From the NCBI GenBank assembly GCA_951406725.2, contig OX597828.1:59024001-59088000 (forward strand): a stretch of DNA of 64,000 nt, in the 5' to 3' direction. Positions within the stretch are counted from its first letter, which is position 1. Each line of letters starts with the position of its first letter. Source of the stretch: Octopus vulgaris (Eukaryota). Positions 58,133-64,000 of this stretch are shown one piece after another. The notes below the pieces were generated by a model. The model was not told where the DNA came from and ran no database searches. It saw only the letters and a program-made list of their open reading frames with translations. Position numbers and translations under genes: made by a program.

Positions 58133-60148
58133 CGGCCATCGGAAAAAATGCTATGAAAATGACCATTAAGCAAAGTTTCTGCCCCGACATCCGAAACTCG
58201 GAGTTTTATCATGGCTACCGAATAATTGTCACATATTACTTTTGCAGACATATGTATATATATATATATGTGTGTGTGTATATATATGACAGACTTCTTT
58301 CAGTTTCCGTCTACCAAATCCACTCACATGGCTTTGGTCAGCTTGGGGTTATAGTAGAAGACATTCACCCAAGGTGCCACACAGTGGAACTGAACTCTGA
58401 ACCACGTAGTTGGGAAGCAAGCTTCTTACCACACAGCCATGCCTGCACCTATGAATATTTATTTTACTGTTTATTAAACGGCAATGAGAAACCTGTGCTG
58501 TGTTTAATTAATCATTTTCCGTTATAGTTTGCCATGTGTAATAAATCATAAAAGTGAAAATTCAGTCCGTGTATATGTGTATGTAAGTGATAGAGGGAAA
58601 GAGAGAGAGAGAGAGAGAGAGAAATAAGAAAGTGCCATAGATGACTTATACCAATTTACCGTTGCTGTGTTTTGGTGTTAGAGAAATGCAGTTGTAAAGC
58701 AAGTGTAGGTTGCTGTAAATACCTTGTACAGTTTCGCTGTACCATAGCATGAGAAAACAAGTTGTTTCTATTGTTGGCTAGATCTGATCAGGTTTGTTGA
58801 AGGAGGCCTTTTGCTATAGAACTACCTAACCAAGCAATGATTTGACAAGTGTTCTAGCTGTTCTTAACATGAGATTATCGTAATTTAAACAGGTGTTTGC
58901 TATTGCAAATACAGATCTGGCTGCCAGTTGATGTAGGCTGGGGTTTTATATTTATACATAATGCGTAGATCAGTTTGATTTCTTGTGATTTTTTTTTTAA
59001 GTAGCAGCAATTACATTACCGAGTGTAATAAATGAGTGAGGGTAAAGAGTTATTTTGCCATTAATTTATAGAGCAATAAGAAAATGGAGGGGATCAATAA
59101 GTGGTATTCATCAACTTTTAGACATTTTATTATTTATTATTAAAATATATAAACAAACTAATATTTTTATTGAAAGAACCAGGTTATTCATAATTATATA
59201 ATTCAAAACAACTTTAATAACTAAAGGTGTGGTTGTGGCTGTGTGGTACAAATTTTGCTTCCTAATCACATGATTCTGGGTTCAGTTCCACTGCATGGCA
59301 TCTTGGGGAATTGTTTTCTACTTGGGCTGACCAAAGCCTTGTGAATGAATTTGGTTGAACCAGAAAGAAGCTGATCGTATATGTGTGCCTTTGTGTTTGG
59401 GTTTGTCCCCCACCACTGCTTGACAGACAGTGTTAGTTTGTTTACATCCCCATACCCTAGCAGTTCGGCAAAAGAGACCAATAGAATATGTATCAATGTG
59501 CATCCGTGTTTGTTCTCCCCACCCCGCCCCACCTCTGCCTGATGACCAGTGCAGGTATGTTTTTGACCCTGTAACTTTACAATTTAGCAAAAGAGACCAA
59601 TAGAATAAGTGTGAGACCCCCTTCGGTCATGACTGACCATGGAATTGCACCTAGAAAGTTACCCTCCCAGGCACAAGTCCGGGCAATAGAATAAGTACAA
59701 GGCTTTAAAAAATGTACAAGTACTGGGCTTGATTCATTTGACTAAAAATTCAAGGTGGTACCCCAGCATGGCCACAGTCTAATGACTGAAACAGGTAAAT
59801 GATAATTTCAGCTTACGATCTGTAGCTGAGCTCTAAATGATTGTTTAAATGAATAAACAATGACTTACAGTCATGATAACAATAGTATTCAGTATTTACA
59901 TTGAAAACATACATCTGACTAAGTAAATGCAGCTCTGTACTTCCTGTGGACATTTAATACTTGCTCTTTTGCTTTCATCTTGATTGACCCTAACCTCTGT
60001 CAATGTCACCTTACTGTTTATCACATGATGCTGAGGCAAGGAGACAGTAACACGTGCACATCTATGTACTCACACACACACAAACATGATGGACTTTCTC
60101 AGTTTCTGTCTGTTTACCGAATCCACTTATATATATATATATATATAA

Positions 60149-60479
60149 GGCGCATGGCTCAGTGGTTAGAGCGTCGAGCTTACGATCGTGAGGTTGTGAG
60201 CTCGAATCCCGGACCGGGCTGCGTGTTGTGTTCTCGAGCAAGGCACTTTATTTCACGTTGCTCCAGTTCACTCAGCTGTAGAAATGAGTTGCGACGTCAC
60301 AGGTGCCAAGCTGTATCGACCTTTGTCTTTCCCTTGGATAACACTGGTGGCGTGGAGAGGGGAGGCTGGTATGCATGGGCGACTGCTAGCCTTCCATAAA
60401 CAACCTTGCCCGGACTTGTGTCTAGGAGGGTAACTTTCTAGGTGCAATTCCATGGTCATTCATGACCGAAGGGGGTCTC
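60149..60479 (+). mobile_element. tRNA-derived SINE family D (CORE-like), full length
   Basis: A box TGGCTCAGTGG, B box GCTCGAATCC, central GAGCAAGGCACTTTA..CAGTTCACTCAGCTGTAGAAATG resembling the CORE domain. Confidence 0.88.
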
Positions 60480-60924
60480 TAATATATATATATATATATG
60501 ATGATATATATATTATGACACTCCTGTCACAACCTGGGACCTTGAAGACTGCTTTAATGCAAGAAAGTATACTAGTCCCTTAATATTTTATATTCAATAT
60601 TTCATCTCTTCAATAAGACAATCAATACTTCATTTCATTTTACTATATATTCTATATTCTACATTAATATTATAAAGAATATAAATTAAACATAAAAAAC
60701 TGACAGAGTTGGAATTCCTTTGAATAATATATATATACATATATAAAATACCATTATCTATTCCATCTTGCATTTATCTTATAATCCAAAGTTTCAGCCT
60801 TCTTTTCAGTTCTTTTGCATAATAAATTCAGATGGTTCCATAAGTTACACATTTTCCTCTTAGTAAATTCTCTTTTTCAAATGTGAGGAATTGCAAGAGT
60901 GACTTGTCACTATACTTTCTTTTT

Positions 60925-61275
60925 CACCGCTTCCCAACCACATGGTTCTGGGTTCAGTCCCACTGAGTGGCACCTTGGGCAAGTATCTTCTACTATAACC
61001 TCGGGCCGACCAAAGCCTTGTGAGTAGATTTGGTAGACGGAAACTGAATGAAGCCCATTGTATATATATATATATGTAAGTGTGTACATATATGTTTGTG
61101 TGTCTGTGTTTGTCCCCACCCCCAACATCGCTTGACAACCGATGCGGTTCGGCAAAAGAGACCAATAGAATAAGTACTAGGCTTACAAAGAATAAGACCT
61201 GGGGTCGATTTGCTCGACTAAAGGTGGTGCTCCAGCATGGCCACACAGTCAAATGACTGAAACAAGTAAAAGAGT
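60925..61275 (+). mobile_element. SINE family A
   Basis: Match to 8950-9350. Confidence 0.88.
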
Positions 61276-62327
61276 TATCTAAAGAGTTTTTTCAAAATAC
61301 TAAACCCACTAACTGCACCACAGCTGCATGTCTTTTTAATAACTTCAGCAGGTTTTTCAAATGCTGCTCTATGTTTCTTGTTTTTCCTGGGTTGCATCTC
61401 TGCATTCTGCAAGTGCTAGACAGAAGCTAACATCAGCTGTACTAACAAATTAGAATCTGTCCTGAATTTTATGCAGTCTTTTCAATTGCCATAGTTGACA
61501 AAAATTGTAATAATAGTAATTAAAATACCACTTATAAAGTAGTTACTAGTGAACTCTACTAGTAACTACATACCAGAAATGATTATGTAATTACACTACA
61601 CTAATTGTATACAACAGTAATTTAGTTCTTTTTTGATAATAAACTTGATGAACATGTAAGTTAATGTGTTTGTGAAGTGTGTATCAAAATGCATAATAAT
61701 CAAGGACAAATTAATTTTCTTACTATACAGTTGTGTACTTGATAATCTCTTAATTAGGAAACGTATCTCTAATTTGTGGCTGTGTGGTAAGAAGATTGCT
61801 TCCCAACTGCATGGTTCCGGGTTCACTCCTACTGTGTGGTACCTTGGACTGAGCAATGCCTTGTGAGTGGATTTGGAAGATGGAAACTGAAAGAAGCCAT
61901 CATATATATATATGAATGAATAAATCAATTAAACAATTTTAAGTAGAGATTGTTAACTTTAACAATACCCAGAAACAGGCTACAAATAAAGTTCTCTAAT
62001 TGAGCTAATTTCCAATTTATAATTTCAGTTGAGGCAATAGCAGCAGAAAACTTAGATCATATCAACGTTTTATACATATTTTTATATCTGTTTGTATATC
62101 TATTTATGTATTTATATATCTATAATGCCAACGTATTTTTAAAAATATTTTTAAATATTAAATATTTATATGTTCATGTACTTGTGTGTTTTAGTGCTGT
62201 ATTATCTGGAACTTTATATTGATTTATTAATGTCCAATGAAAGTGCACATATATATTGAATATTCTATTGGATAATAGGTCATATTCCTCTAGTTTTCTG
62301 CTGCTATTGGCTCCATTGAAATCATAA

Positions 62328-62417
<90 letters not shown>

Positions 62418-62423
62418 TGTATG

Positions 62424-62454
<31 letters not shown>

Positions 62455-63575
62455 TAACAACAACAATTTAATAAATAAAACATATGCATACATACATACA
62501 TATATGTACATACTTACATCTACATGTAAATATACAAGCATATATATATGAGTACAGGACACCACAAATAAACGTAGAACACAACGAGAAACGAAAACAT
62601 AAAACCAAATAAGGAAACGGACTGTTTTTAACAATGAAAAAACAGAGTACAAGACAAACAACACAAGGACGCCAACCCTGAAGGGGAGCTGGGGCTTCGT
62701 AGATGAATTCTCCTGGTTGACGACGGAGGGCATGACCCAGCCAACGCAGACGTCTCGTTAGGATGACTCATGATTGCGAGATTGTGGGTTCAATCCACAG
62801 ACTGGGCATTGCGTTGTGTTCTTGAGCAAAAGCACTTCATTTCACATTGCTCTTCTGTGATCATCTCGGTATCTGACATGTGGCACATGGTGCACCTGTA
62901 CAGGTAACGTCGATTTGATGGAGGGAGTGAGCTGATGTTTACACAAACATTTGATCACTATAAACGAATCATGTGTGTGGTGGTTCAACAAGAAATTGCC
63001 GAACCCTCATACATCATCTAATGACAGGAGAGTCCATGATATTTATATGTATTGAGAAAAAGGAGGCAGTCAGAATTTAGGATAATTCTTTATTAGCACT
63101 TTCATTAACAAGACAGAATCAAAATGGTAAAAACAGAACGTTTCATTGTTCATCTATAGGAATCAGATGTGTTTTGGTTTGTTTTGAAGAGGAGAAAAAT
63201 ATTTTTGTATTTTTGGAAAAAGGAGAAAGAAAAGCAAAGAGGGGGGGTGTGTGAGAAAATAGAGAGATTTCAGGACAATCAAGAAAGAGGAAAAAAATAA
63301 AGGGTAGAGAAAGGATAAATAAAGAGACAATTAGATAGACAGAGAAAGAGAGAGAGGGGGTTCTTTTCAATCTGATGTAGTCAACCCATTGAAATTACAT
63401 TACAAAGCATTTTCCTTTGTTCCTTTTTTTTTTCACAAGGGCTTTTGTTTATTTACAAATATGTTGACAGGTAAAAAATGAGAAAGGAAAGAGGAGGAAG
63501 AAAAAGGAAAAAAGAAAGAAAGGAAAATGCTTTGTAATGAAATTTCAATGGGTTGACTACATCAGATTGAAAAGA

Positions 63576-63649
<74 letters not shown>

Positions 63650-63671
63650 TGATGATGATGATATATATGAG

Positions 63672-63995
63672 GAGACCCTCTTCGGTCATGAATGACCATG
63701 GGATTGCACCTAGAAAGTTACCCTCCAAGGCACAAGTCTAAGGCAAGGTTGTTTGTGAAAGGCCAGCAGTCGCCCATGCATACCGACCTCCCCTCTCCAC
63801 ACCACTGATGTTATCCAAGGGAAAGGTAAGGGCCAATACAGTTTGGCACCAGTGACATTGCAACTCATTTCTACAGCTGAGTGAACTGGAGCAATGTGAA
63901 ATAAAGTGTCTTGCTCAAAAAACACAACACACAGCCCGGTCCATGAATCAAACTCACAACCTCACGATTGCAAGCTCGATGCCCTAACCACTGGG
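63672..63995 (-). mobile_element. SINE family D
   Basis: Reverse-complement match to 60149-60479. Confidence 0.88.
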
Positions 63996-64000
63996 ATTTT

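Noticed and set aside
60149-60220. Apparent tRNA gene
   Set aside because: No proper acceptor stem; it continues into a SINE body repeated elsewhere

Overview
Repeat-dense, AT-rich animal genomic DNA. The SINE set, the very long (TA)n/(CATA)n microsatellites and the large C2H2 zinc-finger gene suggest a cephalopod (octopus-like); this is inference. One clear host gene is present: a single-coding-exon, 2116-aa zinc-finger protein (14200-20550, +) with 25 fingers in 6 clusters. The rest is mobile DNA: Tx1/L1-like, CR1-like, RTE and R4/Dong-like LINEs, mariner and Tc1 transposons, Helitron pieces, foldback/MITE elements, three tRNA-derived SINE families and an initiator-tRNA pseudogene. The most notable signal is non-coding. 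Several unrelated small elements, mostly in or near (TA)n tracts, each carry a type I hammerhead-ribozyme motif with a palindromic stem III. Three of these families occur as head-to-head palindromes or partial tandems, the architecture of Penelope-like elements and retrozymes. Examples are a 360-bp tandem unit (56681-57327) and a tRNA-headed palindrome (21330-21788). All folds and alignments were done by eye, and most ORF-track entries are microsatellite artefacts.
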